Origin: Sedimentisphaerales bacterium
GTDB lineage: Bacteria; Planctomycetota; Phycisphaerae; Sedimentisphaerales; Anaerobacaceae
Assembly (NCBI GenBank): GCA_963708075.1
Contig: OY970194.1
Span: forward strand, 832,001 to 896,000
Reading direction: 5' to 3'
DNA: 64,000 nt
Part shown: in pieces, positions 31,765 to 40,826 of the stretch
Position numbering within the stretch: the stretch's first letter is position 1
How the letters are laid out: every line of letters starts with the position of its first letter
Program-made: the position numbers and the translations under genes
The notes under the pieces: generated by a model
Databases searched by the model: none
Told to the model about the DNA's origin: nothing
Seen by the model: only the letters and a program-made list of their open reading frames with translations

Positions 31765-32814
31765 ATGGTCGCGGATACGACACTTGCGGATGGCAGTACC
31801 CGAGGAAAGGCACTATGGCTCAAGCTCAGTGTGCTTGGGGCTGTGGTACTCTGTCTCCTTATTGCGGTCCTGCTGCATCGAGACAAGTTGTCTACACCTA
31901 TTCCCAGTGATTCTACGCGGGCCGAGGTTGAGCTAAACGAGTTGCCTAATCCTGTTCCCATCGATTCTACGCGGGTCGAGGTCGAGCCACCCGCGTTGCT
32001 TGCGCCTATCCCCAGTGATTGTACGCGGGTCGAGATCGAGTACTACCCATCTATATGGGACTACTTCAGGTGGTATCCCATGAGCCCCGATATCTTCAGT
32101 TCGAAAGAGATGGACAGGCTCCAATCGCACGAACCGTTCATCATCAACGATCAGATGCTCATCGAGTCTGTCAGACGCACTCTCCGTCCGATAGCCGTTC
32201 TGAACGGCAACGCGGGCCCGGGGGATGAAGCCAAGTACATAGAGGTTCGATGCTTTCGAGGTAACGAGCCGTTGGCGTCCCTCCGCTTGTATCGGCCGGA
32301 TCTCATGGTGACTAATGACGGGCGCAGATTCCGAGTCAACGTCTGGAATGACGGGCCAGGAAGCTACAGCCTTGAATTGAGCCCGCTTATACATCGCGCC
32401 ATGTGTGCGCGGAATCTGTTGTTGCTGCATCGGTTCATGTTTGAATACATGAGTGGGAGATACCCTCCGCCAGCCAACTGGTGCGATGTTCTGCGCAAGC
32501 CTGTCCGCCAAGAGTCTGTCGATTGGAGGCGGCGTCGCGACTTCCCGTCTCCGTCTCCTGCTGCTGGCCATTTCTCGTGTTCCAGTATGCGCCGAGGCAA
32601 ATGCAGTTATGCGATGAATCCGGATTGCCAGCCGAGTTCACCACCCGATACGGTCCTTTTGTTTGAGACGAGAGATGGATGGAATCAGCATGGTGGCCCG
32701 GAGTTGTTTACGTTTGACAATCACTTTCCCAGGGGCGGCTCCGTTCTCCTGAATGATGGGACCGTCAAGTTCATTCGGACTGAAGAGGAACTGAAGCAGC
32801 TTCGCTGGCAGTAG
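31765..32814 (+). CDS. Membrane-anchored hypothetical protein with C-terminal domain resembling H-X9-DG / DUF1559-type tails
   Basis: N-terminal TM helix. YPPPANWCD, YAMNP, VLLFET..GWNQHGG, H..GGSVLLNDG. Codon usage looks less GC3-biased than neighbours. Confidence 0.75.
   Translation: MVADTTLADGSTRGKALWLKLSVLGAVVLCLLIAVLLHRDKLSTPIPSDSTRAEVELNELPNPVPIDSTRVEVEPPALLAPIPSDCTRVEIEYYPSIWDYFRWYPMSPDIFSSKEMDRLQSHEPFIINDQMLIESVRRTLRPIAVLNGNAGPGDEAKYIEVRCFRGNEPLASLRLYRPDLMVTNDGRRFRVNVWNDGPGSYSLELSPLIHRAMCARNLLLLHRFMFEYMSGRYPPPANWCDVLRKPVRQESVDWRRRRDFPSPSPAAGHFSCSSMRRGKCSYAMNPDCQPSSPPDTVLLFETRDGWNQHGGPELFTFDNHFPRGGSVLLNDGTVKFIRTEEELKQLRWQ
31897..32040 (+). repeat. Intragenic 54-bp-period triplication (P(I/V)PxDxTRxE(V/I)E)
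   Basis: Units start at 31897, 31951 and 32005, e.g. cctattcccagtgattctacgcgggccgaggttgag. Confidence 0.85.
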
Positions 32815-32988
32815 GCCCGAGGCGGCCCCGAACAGGCAAACCGGGGTGACGGGGAAAAGGCTTTGCAGCGGGGGCGGTTCGCAGTAGGATTCTCATCAAG
32901 GTACCGGCGGGTCGGTCGGGATGGATCGGCTTTGGCCGGGTGACGGAATTCAGGAGTTGTGCACTTGATGGGATGCGGAGCGGCGATT

Positions 32989-35900
32989 ATGAGCAGCATT
33001 CAACGCAACTTGTCTGTCTGTATCTGTTTTGTGGTCCTGATTCTGGTTCAGGCGGGGCCGGGGTGGGCGAAGCCGAAGGCCAGGGCCTGGGAGGGGACGG
33101 TCACGATCCCTACCTATGGCTGGGAGGAGGACGTCAACCCGAAGTTCTGGGCCCTGGAGGACCAGATCAAGCTCTCGACGACCGTGAAGGGGGCGATTGT
33201 GTATCCGTACACGATGCAGGACCATCTGTCCCGGGAGAAGAAGGACCGCACGTACAAGGCGCTGTTCCTGGAGAACGAGTACCTGAAAGTGACCTGCCTG
33301 CCGGAACTGGGCGGGCGGCTCCATTCCGTGCTGGACAAGACCGAAGGCAAGGAGACGTTTCACCTTAACCGGGTGATCAAGCCGAGCATGATCGCCATGC
33401 GCGGGGCGTTCATCAGCGGCGGTGTGGAATGGAACGCCGGACCGCAGGTGCACACGGTGACGATTGTCTCGCCCGTCGATGCCCTGGTCGGGACGAATCC
33501 GGACGGCTCGGCCTACCTCGAGGTGAGCAACCTCGAAAAGACCCTGCGGACCCGCTGGACCGTCCGCGTGACGCTGCATCCCGGCCGGGCCTATCTCGAT
33601 GAGCAGATCCGCATTTCCAACCCCATCGACGCCGTAAACCCTTACTACTTCTGGAATTGCACCGCGTTCCCATGCCGGCAGGGGACCCGGTTCATCTATC
33701 CCATGACGCTCGGGACCGACCATAACGGCGTCCGGTTCTTCTCCTGGCCCATTCACGAGGGCAAGGATCTGTCCTGGCTCAAGAACTACGATTCGCCGTC
33801 GTCGATCTTCTCGGTGGATTGCACCTACGATTTCTTCGGGGGCTACGACGTGGACGCGGACCGGGGTGTCGTGCAGGTGGCGGACCATTACGAGCTGGTC
33901 GGCAAGAAGGCCTGGACGTGGGGGACGTCGCAGTTCGGCCTGGTGTGCCAGCAGAACCTCACCGACGAGGATGGCCCTTACATCGAAATCCAGAGCGGTC
34001 CTCTGCCGACGCAATCCGATTACGGCATGCTCGCACCGAGGCAGGTGGTCGCCTGGCGCGAGTGGTGGTACCCGATTCATGGTCTTGGCGAGGGATTCGA
34101 GTTCGCCACAAGGGACTTGGCTGTCCAGACGATCCGCAAAGACAGGCAGCTTGAGCTTCGTATGCTGGCGACGGGGAAATTCTCCGATGCCACCTGTTCG
34201 ATCCGTCCGAAGGGAGCCGAGGGCGTCACGAAGCGGCTGGACCTGTCTCCAATGGAGCCGCAGGTCGTGATCGTGTCGGCGGACGCGAACACGCCGGTCG
34301 ATGTGACGGTTAGGAGCAGTAGCGGAAGTATCCTGGCGACCTTCACGACGCCTTTGCCCATCGCCAAGCTGAGTCCGCCGCAGGTATCCAGACTCATGGA
34401 TAAGCCCGAGGCCGAGCTGACTGTCGAGGAGAAGTACCTGAGGGGCCAGAAGCACGATCTCGGGACGAATCGCAAGAGGGCCCGCGAGTACTATGAAAAG
34501 ACCCTTGCGGTTGATCCCGCATACGCACCGGCGCTGCGTGGCTTGGGCGTGCTCGACCTGGAGGCGGCGCTCTACGAGTCCGCGACAGGACGGCTGCAGA
34601 AGGCCGTCGAGCGAGATCCCGGGGATGGCCTCGCATGGTATTTCCTGGGCGTGACCCACCTGAAGACGGGCGATGCAAAAGAGGCGCTTCGCTGTGCCCG
34701 TCAGGCGACCCGATGCGCCGGGACCGGCTCGCTGGCTCTCGATCTTGCCGGCCGGGCCCATATGGCGCTGGGAGATCGCCGAGAGGCCCACGATGCCTTT
34801 GAAAAGGCGGTCCGCATGGACGCGCGGGACACAGTTGCCCGCGACCACTGGTTGCTGGCCCTGTATGCCAAAGGGGATACTCGTGCCGCAGTTGTGCAAG
34901 CACGGAAAGCCGTCGCACAACAGCCTACCAGCCTTGTGCCAAGAGCGCTGCTCGCGCTACAGGGCGACAAGGAAATGAACCGCTTTGTGAAAGAGGCCTG
35001 GGCTTTCGTAGGTGAAGACGAGTTTGAGATACTGGAGACCAGCCTCGTCTTTGCCGAGGCGGGATTGGCGAAGGAAGCGGCGAAGGTTCTTTCCGCCACT
35101 TGCGTGGATGCGGTTCCTCAGGCCGAACGCAGTCCTCTGCCGCTTTACTATCTCGCGTGGCTCGCTTCTCTACAGAACGATGAGGGGACATCACGGACAT
35201 GGCTGAAGCAGGCGGCCCAAACCTGCAAAGACTACGTGTTTCCTTCGCGTCCGGAGGAACTGGAAATCCTGAAATATGCAATTCGCGAGAATCCGGGGGA
35301 TGCCTACGCGCATCTCCATATCGGGAATCTGTACGCTCACCTTGGCCGTCCGGCGGAGTCCGGGGAGCACTGGCAAAAGGCGGCCGAGCTGGACCCGTCT
35401 CTGAGCGTCGCCTACCGCAATCTAGGACTGAATGCCTGGGCGGCGGCAGAGGATCTGGCCGCGGCGGAGCGATTCTACAAGAAGGCGATTGAGGCTCGGC
35501 CGAGGGATCAGACATTGTACCGCGACCTGGCGGAGATCGTCATGGCGCAGGATAGACGCCCCGACGCGATCCGCATCCTGGAATCGACGCCTCATGAGAA
35601 GCTGCCTCGCGCGGATATCATCATCATGCTCGCGCAGGCGTACCTGGATGAGCAGCAGTACAGCCGGGTGATCGAGCTGCTCGAATCGACGCCGTACTTC
35701 GTGAACTGGGAGGGTCAGACGATCACGTGGGACCTCTACTACCGGGCGCACATGAAGCGCGGCCGGGCCCGCCTTGACGACAAGGACCTTGCGGGGGCGC
35801 TGCATGACTTCGAAGCCGCCCTGGCGTATCCGGAAAACATCGGCGTCGGCCGGTCGAACAGGCCGAGAGAGGCCACAGCGCAATACTGGAGGGGAAAGGC

Positions 35901-36030
35901 GCTCCAACTCCTCGGCCGCCTGGACGACGCGAGATCGGCCTGGAAGCAGGGCGCGGCGGGCATCGAAGGCGGCGACGAGCAGAACGAACATCGCCAACTC
36001 TGTGCCACAGCGTTGCAGGAGACAAAGTGA
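32989..36030 (+). CDS. DUF5107-domain plus tetratricopeptide-repeat protein, secreted
   Basis: LENEYLKVTCLPELGGR, ISGGVEWN, YYFWN, GKKAWTWG, YIEIQSG, followed by many TPR helices. Confidence 0.88.
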   Translation: MSSIQRNLSVCICFVVLILVQAGPGWAKPKARAWEGTVTIPTYGWEEDVNPKFWALEDQIKLSTTVKGAIVYPYTMQDHLSREKKDRTYKALFLENEYLKVTCLPELGGRLHSVLDKTEGKETFHLNRVIKPSMIAMRGAFISGGVEWNAGPQVHTVTIVSPVDALVGTNPDGSAYLEVSNLEKTLRTRWTVRVTLHPGRAYLDEQIRISNPIDAVNPYYFWNCTAFPCRQGTRFIYPMTLGTDHNGVRFFSWPIHEGKDLSWLKNYDSPSSIFSVDCTYDFFGGYDVDADRGVVQVADHYELVGKKAWTWGTSQFGLVCQQNLTDEDGPYIEIQSGPLPTQSDYGMLAPRQVVAWREWWYPIHGLGEGFEFATRDLAVQTIRKDRQLELRMLATGKFSDATCSIRPKGAEGVTKRLDLSPMEPQVVIVSADANTPVDVTVRSSSGSILATFTTPLPIAKLSPPQVSRLMDKPEAELTVEEKYLRGQKHDLGTNRKRAREYYEKTLAVDPAYAPALRGLGVLDLEAALYESATGRLQKAVERDPGDGLAWYFLGVTHLKTGDAKEALRCARQATRCAGTGSLALDLAGRAHMALGDRREAHDAFEKAVRMDARDTVARDHWLLALYAKGDTRAAVVQARKAVAQQPTSLVPRALLALQGDKEMNRFVKEAWAFVGEDEFEILETSLVFAEAGLAKEAAKVLSATCVDAVPQAERSPLPLYYLAWLASLQNDEGTSRTWLKQAAQTCKDYVFPSRPEELEILKYAIRENPGDAYAHLHIGNLYAHLGRPAESGEHWQKAAELDPSLSVAYRNLGLNAWAAAEDLAAAERFYKKAIEARPRDQTLYRDLAEIVMAQDRRPDAIRILESTPHEKLPRADIIIMLAQAYLDEQQYSRVIELLESTPYFVNWEGQTITWDLYYRAHMKRGRARLDDKDLAGALHDFEAALAYPENIGVGRSNRPREATAQYWRGKALQLLGRLDDARSAWKQGAAGIEGGDEQNEHRQLCATALQETK

Positions 36031-36065
36031 CAGCGCGTCTGCGAAGGTCTCACTCCGTTGAGTAT

Positions 36066-36159
36066 GGGTGGCAGCGGCAAGCGCAAGCTTGCCGATGGCT
36101 CTCTCATGCGGCGGAACACCATCGGCAAGCTCCGCGGGCTGCGCTTGCCGCTGCCACCC
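36066..36159. repeat. Dispersed hairpin element, copy 3
   Basis: Outer stem GGGTGGCAGCGGCAAGCGCA / TGCGCTTGCCGCTGCCACCC, same inner stem as copy 2. Confidence 0.9.
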
Positions 36160-36187
36160 GTCACCGGCGTTATCTCAGTAGTAGCGT

Positions 36188-37447
36188 ATGACAGACATGA
36201 TGAGCAGACGTGAGAGACTGATGGCCACCCTGCAAGGCCGACCGGTGGATCGCCCGGCTGTCAACTTCTACGAGGTCGGCGGATTCGCGATTGATCCGGC
36301 TGATCCCGATCCACTCAACGTGTACAGCGATCCCTCCTGGCGGCCGCTGCTGCAACTGGCCGAGGAGCGCACCGACCTGATCCGGATGCGAAGCGCGGTG
36401 AGAGCCCGGTCGTGGGACCCACAGACGGCGGTAGGGAATTGCGGAGTGCGGAGTGCGGAGTGCGGAGTGGCGCCGGGGCCCGAATCCGAAATCCGAAATC
36501 CGAAATCTGAAATGATTCGGGCCCCCAACCTTCGATCCGATCTCGTACGGACACATCAGTACGCAGAAGATCGCTGGCGTTGCACTCGCGTGACGATTCG
36601 CGTTGGCGGCAGAACCTTATCATCTGTCCGACGCCGCAATCCTGACGTAGATACGGTCTGGACGACGGAGCACCTGCTCAAGAACGTTGAGGACCTGCAA
36701 GCCTATCTTCAACTGCCCGACGATTTCTTTGCGGAGGAGATCGATATCGCCAGGCTCATCGACGAGGACAGCCGGCTCGGCGACCGCGGTATTGTCATGG
36801 TTGACACCGAGGACCCCATTTGTGCGGCGGCGTCCCTGTTCAGCATGGAGGATTTTGTTGTCCTCGCAATGACGGAGCAGAGGCTCTTCCACCGCCTCCT
36901 GGAGCGACTCTCGCAGTTCCTGCTCGCCAGGACACAGCGCGTGTCCGAGGCATTCCCGGGGCACTTGTGGCGGGTGTACGGCCCCGAGTATGCGGCCGAG
37001 CCGTTCTTGCCGCCGCATCTGTTCAGGGAGTATGTCGTCCGTTACACGGGGCCCATGGTGAAGGCCATCCAGAAGCACGGCGGCTTCGCCCGTGTCCACT
37101 GTCACGGCCGGCTCCGGGCCATTCTCGACGACATTGTGGCCATGGGCGCCGACGCCACCGATCCCATCGAGCCGCCACCGCAGGGAGACGTCGAGCTGGA
37201 CTATGTGCGCCAAAGGTACGGCGACCGGCTCGTGCTCTTCGGCAACATTGAGCTTTGCGACATCGAGCTGATGGAGCCGGTCGAGTTCCACAAGGTTGTA
37301 GAAAAAGCCCTCGCGGAGGGGACCCAGGGACAGGGCAGGGGTTTCGTCCTGATGCCTTCGTCCGCCCCGAACGGCAGGCATATCTGCCCGCGAATCCTGA
37401 AGAACTACGAGACGATGGCAGAACTCGCCGAGACCTTCCGCCCCTGA
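36188..37447 (+). CDS. Uroporphyrinogen decarboxylase family protein with in-frame heptamer-repeat insertion
   Basis: MSRRERLMATLQGRPVDRP, GPEYAAEP, RVHCHG, DPIEPPPQGD, LFGNIE, GFVLMPS. Confidence 0.85.
   Translation: MTDMMSRRERLMATLQGRPVDRPAVNFYEVGGFAIDPADPDPLNVYSDPSWRPLLQLAEERTDLIRMRSAVRARSWDPQTAVGNCGVRSAECGVAPGPESEIRNPKSEMIRAPNLRSDLVRTHQYAEDRWRCTRVTIRVGGRTLSSVRRRNPDVDTVWTTEHLLKNVEDLQAYLQLPDDFFAEEIDIARLIDEDSRLGDRGIVMVDTEDPICAAASLFSMEDFVVLAMTEQRLFHRLLERLSQFLLARTQRVSEAFPGHLWRVYGPEYAAEPFLPPHLFREYVVRYTGPMVKAIQKHGGFARVHCHGRLRAILDDIVAMGADATDPIEPPPQGDVELDYVRQRYGDRLVLFGNIELCDIELMEPVEFHKVVEKALAEGTQGQGRGFVLMPSSAPNGRHICPRILKNYETMAELAETFRP
36440..36513. repeat. Paired heptamer tracts (TGCGGAG)4 and (AATCCGA)4 inside CDS
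   Basis: Directly visible at 36440-36467 and 36483-36513. Confidence 0.92.
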
Positions 37448-37543
37448 TGCGTCATATCAATACTGCCGGGTGACGACGGCAATCGCAGCCATTCACGGCT
37501 CTTCGATCCATCGCAGGAAGATGAAAATACCCTTGAGCTGCTC

Positions 37544-37618
37544 GTAGGGTGGGTCCTTGACCCACGCGGTTCTTCGAGTGAAACATCCCTTCACGCGTGG
37601 GTTGAGAACCCACCCTAC
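37544..37618. repeat. Inverted pair of GTAG-type REP elements between convergent genes
   Basis: GTAGGGTGGGTCCTTGACCCAC ... GTGGGTTGAGAACCCACCCTAC. Confidence 0.8.
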
Positions 37619-37665
37619 ATGTTAACGCCATCCGCGATCTGGAACCTGCGCTTTGAGCACTGGGG

Positions 37666-39690
37666 TCACTGCCTTGGCGTCGCATCGAATACGAGGACCT
37701 CAAAGGGCTTCAGCTCGAACGCATGTTCCTTGCCTGCTGATAATTCGACCGCTGGGGCTGCGGCATCGCTCTTCCATGGGCTTTTCAGGGAGCACTTCTG
37801 AGCAGCCCCTTCGGGAAGCTCGAAGGCTTTGCCGATGTCGAGGGTGATTCTGCCGGGCTTGTCGCTGGGGTTGCGCAGGCCGATGATGCCTTTGCGTTTG
37901 GACCAGGAGGCCCAGCCGTACACTTCGCCCTTGATCGGGTCGCCGCCGATCCAGTGCGTATCCACGAGAGTGTCGGCATTATCGCGCGACCATTTCGCCG
38001 CCTCGGCCAGTGCGTCCCAAGCCGCCGCATCCAGCAGAGAGGGCGTGAGGTACAGTTCCTGGCAATTCGTGCCGCTGGCGAAGAACGCACGGATGTCTCC
38101 CACCAGACCTTCCGGCTCATCGGGCAGCCCGTGATTGGCGAACATGACGCCCTGGGTCATGAGGGAGTTGATCGGGTACAAGGGCGCTCGCAGCACGACG
38201 TTGTGGTAAGTCTCGTTGTCTCGGTACGTGATCTGCTGCTGGCGTTTGGAGCCCCAGCCGCACGTGCCCCAGTCATTGCCCGACCGCCAGGTCGAGTCCG
38301 CGTACCACAACCAGTAGGGCGAAGACCACGTGCCGGTCGTGACGTTGACGAAGAGATCGGGCTTTGCGTCGCGCAGATCGGTGATCAGCCGCAGCAGGGC
38401 CTCTACGTCCCCGGCATACTCCGGCTCGGCCCCCGTGGGCGCGCCGCTTCCGCTGATGCCGTCGAACTTGAAATAGTTCACATCGTAGTTGCGCAGCATC
38501 TTCATGCACGCGTCACGGAATCTCCCATAGTACTTCGGCCCCGCCAGAGAGAAGCCGCGTTTATTCGTCTCGAATCCCTCCTGCTCGCCATACTTCATCC
38601 GCTGCTCTTTGGATTTTCCATACCCGCCCCAGGGCGACAGCCACACGCCGAGCGTCGATCCATACTTCGCCGCCATCTGTTGCAGCGGCGCGAACCCGTT
38701 GGGCAAGCCGTCATGGAATTGCCACAGCGTCGCCGGATTGTCCCAGCCATCATCCAGCACGAGCGAGTCCAAGACAACCTTCCGCCCTTCGATCAACTCC
38801 TTGCCAAACAGATCGATCACCTTGAGAGCATCGCCCTCCAGTATCTTCTCGCCACCATAGCCGATATCGTACCAGCTATTGTAGTGAAGAAACGGCCGAT
38901 AGGGCTGTGCCCGCTCCCGCTCAACATAATACAGGAACGCCCGGCGAAGCTGCCCCTTCGGAGCCACGCCCATCACTGAACTGTACGTCTCCTCGTTTCC
39001 TGACATTAGCGAGGTTGTTCGAGGCAAGCTGCATTGGAGTTCCGAGTCAACTGTTCGAATCCTGGATAGCGGCTGCTCGAAGGCGAAAAAGAACATGTTG
39101 GCGACTACGACAGGGCAGCCATCCAGCGTGCCCACCGGTTTTGCCTCCGATGCTCCCAATTGCATCAGGACAATTTCCCTGACATCGGCAGCGTTTTTCG
39201 ATGCAAGCGATATGTACTGACGAACGTAGTTGGAGCCGTTACGCAGTTCGGCACGCCACCGAACCACGAGACTATCATCTGATGTGGCCATGACCACGCT
39301 GATCCGCTTGCCGCTGTCGCTAGCTTCAACCTTAGGGTCTGGCCGGGGGCTGTCAATATCCGGCCCGCGCACGACTTTGAGGTCAGACGCTTTTACAGTT
39401 CGCCCGTCCTTCAATCGCAGTTGAAAGCACTCTCTCTCCCGCAACCATAGGGCGACAGAACCTTTGTGCCAGATGTGGAAGGGCTTGAGATGTCCATCTG
39501 TGACAGTCCACCTGCATTCCAGGGTGTCGTTGTGCAAGAGGATGTTCCCCTCTTCGGCAAAAGCGATTGCCTCTCCAGGAGCCCGGCCAGGGTACTCGAC
39601 AGGACCTCCCGCCTTGACACTATCGACAGTGGACAGTCCGATCAAGATCGTCCAGCAGGCGAGATCTCGTTTCCACCATATTGCTGCCAT
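37666..39690 (-). CDS. Secreted GH36-like (clan GH-D) glycoside hydrolase; family often mis-annotated 'enterotoxin'
   Basis: PFLHYNSWYD, LVLDDGWD, GVWLSPWGGY, YFKFDG (KxD nucleophile motif). Confidence 0.75.
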   Translation of the reverse strand: MAAIWWKRDLACWTILIGLSTVDSVKAGGPVEYPGRAPGEAIAFAEEGNILLHNDTLECRWTVTDGHLKPFHIWHKGSVALWLRERECFQLRLKDGRTVKASDLKVVRGPDIDSPRPDPKVEASDSGKRISVVMATSDDSLVVRWRAELRNGSNYVRQYISLASKNAADVREIVLMQLGASEAKPVGTLDGCPVVVANMFFFAFEQPLSRIRTVDSELQCSLPRTTSLMSGNEETYSSVMGVAPKGQLRRAFLYYVERERAQPYRPFLHYNSWYDIGYGGEKILEGDALKVIDLFGKELIEGRKVVLDSLVLDDGWDNPATLWQFHDGLPNGFAPLQQMAAKYGSTLGVWLSPWGGYGKSKEQRMKYGEQEGFETNKRGFSLAGPKYYGRFRDACMKMLRNYDVNYFKFDGISGSGAPTGAEPEYAGDVEALLRLITDLRDAKPDLFVNVTTGTWSSPYWLWYADSTWRSGNDWGTCGWGSKRQQQITYRDNETYHNVVLRAPLYPINSLMTQGVMFANHGLPDEPEGLVGDIRAFFASGTNCQELYLTPSLLDAAAWDALAEAAKWSRDNADTLVDTHWIGGDPIKGEVYGWASWSKRKGIIGLRNPSDKPGRITLDIGKAFELPEGAAQKCSLKSPWKSDAAAPAVELSAGKEHAFELKPFEVLVFDATPRQ

Positions 39691-39702
39691 GCGTCGTCCC
39701 TT

Positions 39703-40824
39703 TCAAACTGTGTGCCCGGGGGTGCTTTGAAAGACCTTTTCGACCAGGGCGTTCATGGCTTTTTCCTGGTCCATGATCGACTCCACCAGCACCATCTGTG
39801 TACGGCAGCGGTCCAGGTTGTGGCCCTCGCGGTGGACCTTGTAGTACACGTCGCCATTGAGGTAATCCGTCAGAAACCGGATGAACTGCTCGAATGTGAT
39901 GAGCTTGGCGCCGAAGACCAGGTGTTCGCGTTCAGCGGGCGTGAGGAATTCGCCCGCTCCGCTCACGAATCCACGAACGAGGGCGCAGAACATGGAGAAG
40001 CTGACAACGACTTTCGAGAGGTCGCGTTCATCCTCCGCTGCTCGGCAGCCGGCGGTCCGCACGAGGTCGCCGAAATCGAAGATCGACAGGCCGGGCATGA
40101 CGGTGTCGAGGTCGATCACGCAAACGCCCCGGCCGGTCCGCTTGTCCAGCATCACGTTGTTGATTTTGGCGTCATTGTGCGCGATCCGGACGGGGATCTC
40201 GCCCTCCTTCACGAGATCGGTCAGGACGTCGCAGATTCCGGCGTAATGGAGCAGAAAGTCGATCTCCGCTTTGGCGTCCTTTGCCCGGTTGAACTTGTCG
40301 GCCTTCAGCACGTCGTGGAAGACCTGCAGGCGGCGAGGCGTGTCGTGAAAGCCGATGATCGTCTCATGCAGCGGGGGGCCCGGAAGGTCGATCAGCATTT
40401 TCTGGAACCAGCCGAACATGCGGGCCGCCTCGTAGGCCGGCTCCGTGGATGCCAGGGTATCGTGCGTGACGGCGTCCTCGACGAAGTTGTATACCCGCCA
40501 GACATTTCCGCCCGTGTCCTGGTGGTAGCCGAGGCCGTCGTGCGTGCTGACGACCGTCAACTGGCGAGCGGCTAATTCCGGATCGCTCTGAATCGTCTTT
40601 TTCTGGAGGTGCTCCGTGACGCGCAGGATGTTGTCCATCGTAGGGACAGGCTCTTTGAATACCGCGTGATTGATCCGCTGAAGGATGTACCGGGTGGCGT
40701 GGCCCTTCTCCTGCGCAGTCAGAATGAACGTGTCGTTGATGTGCCCGGTGGTCAGAGGCTTGATCTCCGCTGGCTTACCCGACAGGCGAAATTGTTTCGC
40801 GATGTGATTGAGATCGTGCTGCAT
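39703..40824 (-). CDS. Aminoglycoside-phosphotransferase-fold sugar kinase (N-acetylhexosamine 1-kinase-like)
   Basis: GHINDTF, LQRIN, ETIIGFHDT, HNDAKINN, VIDLDTVMPG, RFLTDYLNGDVYY. Confidence 0.85.
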   Translation of the reverse strand: MQHDLNHIAKQFRLSGKPAEIKPLTTGHINDTFILTAQEKGHATRYILQRINHAVFKEPVPTMDNILRVTEHLQKKTIQSDPELAARQLTVVSTHDGLGYHQDTGGNVWRVYNFVEDAVTHDTLASTEPAYEAARMFGWFQKMLIDLPGPPLHETIIGFHDTPRRLQVFHDVLKADKFNRAKDAKAEIDFLLHYAGICDVLTDLVKEGEIPVRIAHNDAKINNVMLDKRTGRGVCVIDLDTVMPGLSIFDFGDLVRTAGCRAAEDERDLSKVVVSFSMFCALVRGFVSGAGEFLTPAEREHLVFGAKLITFEQFIRFLTDYLNGDVYYKVHREGHNLDRCRTQMVLVESIMDQEKAMNALVEKVFQSTPGHTV

Positions 40825-40826
40825 CG

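Noticed and set aside
31700..32860. Integron gene cassette
   Set aside because: No recognisable RYYYAAC...GTTRRRY attC after the stop and no integrase in the window.
32950..34920. 656-aa minus-strand ORF, and many similar long antisense ORFs
   Set aside because: Shadow ORFs expected in high-GC DNA opposite well-supported genes.
37666..39690. Enterotoxin
   Set aside because: Motifs (YNSW, DDGW, KFD) indicate a GH36-like glycosidase in a sugar operon.
39703..40824. Aminoglycoside resistance gene
   Set aside because: APH fold, but motifs and the adjacent nucleotidyltransferase and hexosaminidases point to a sugar kinase.
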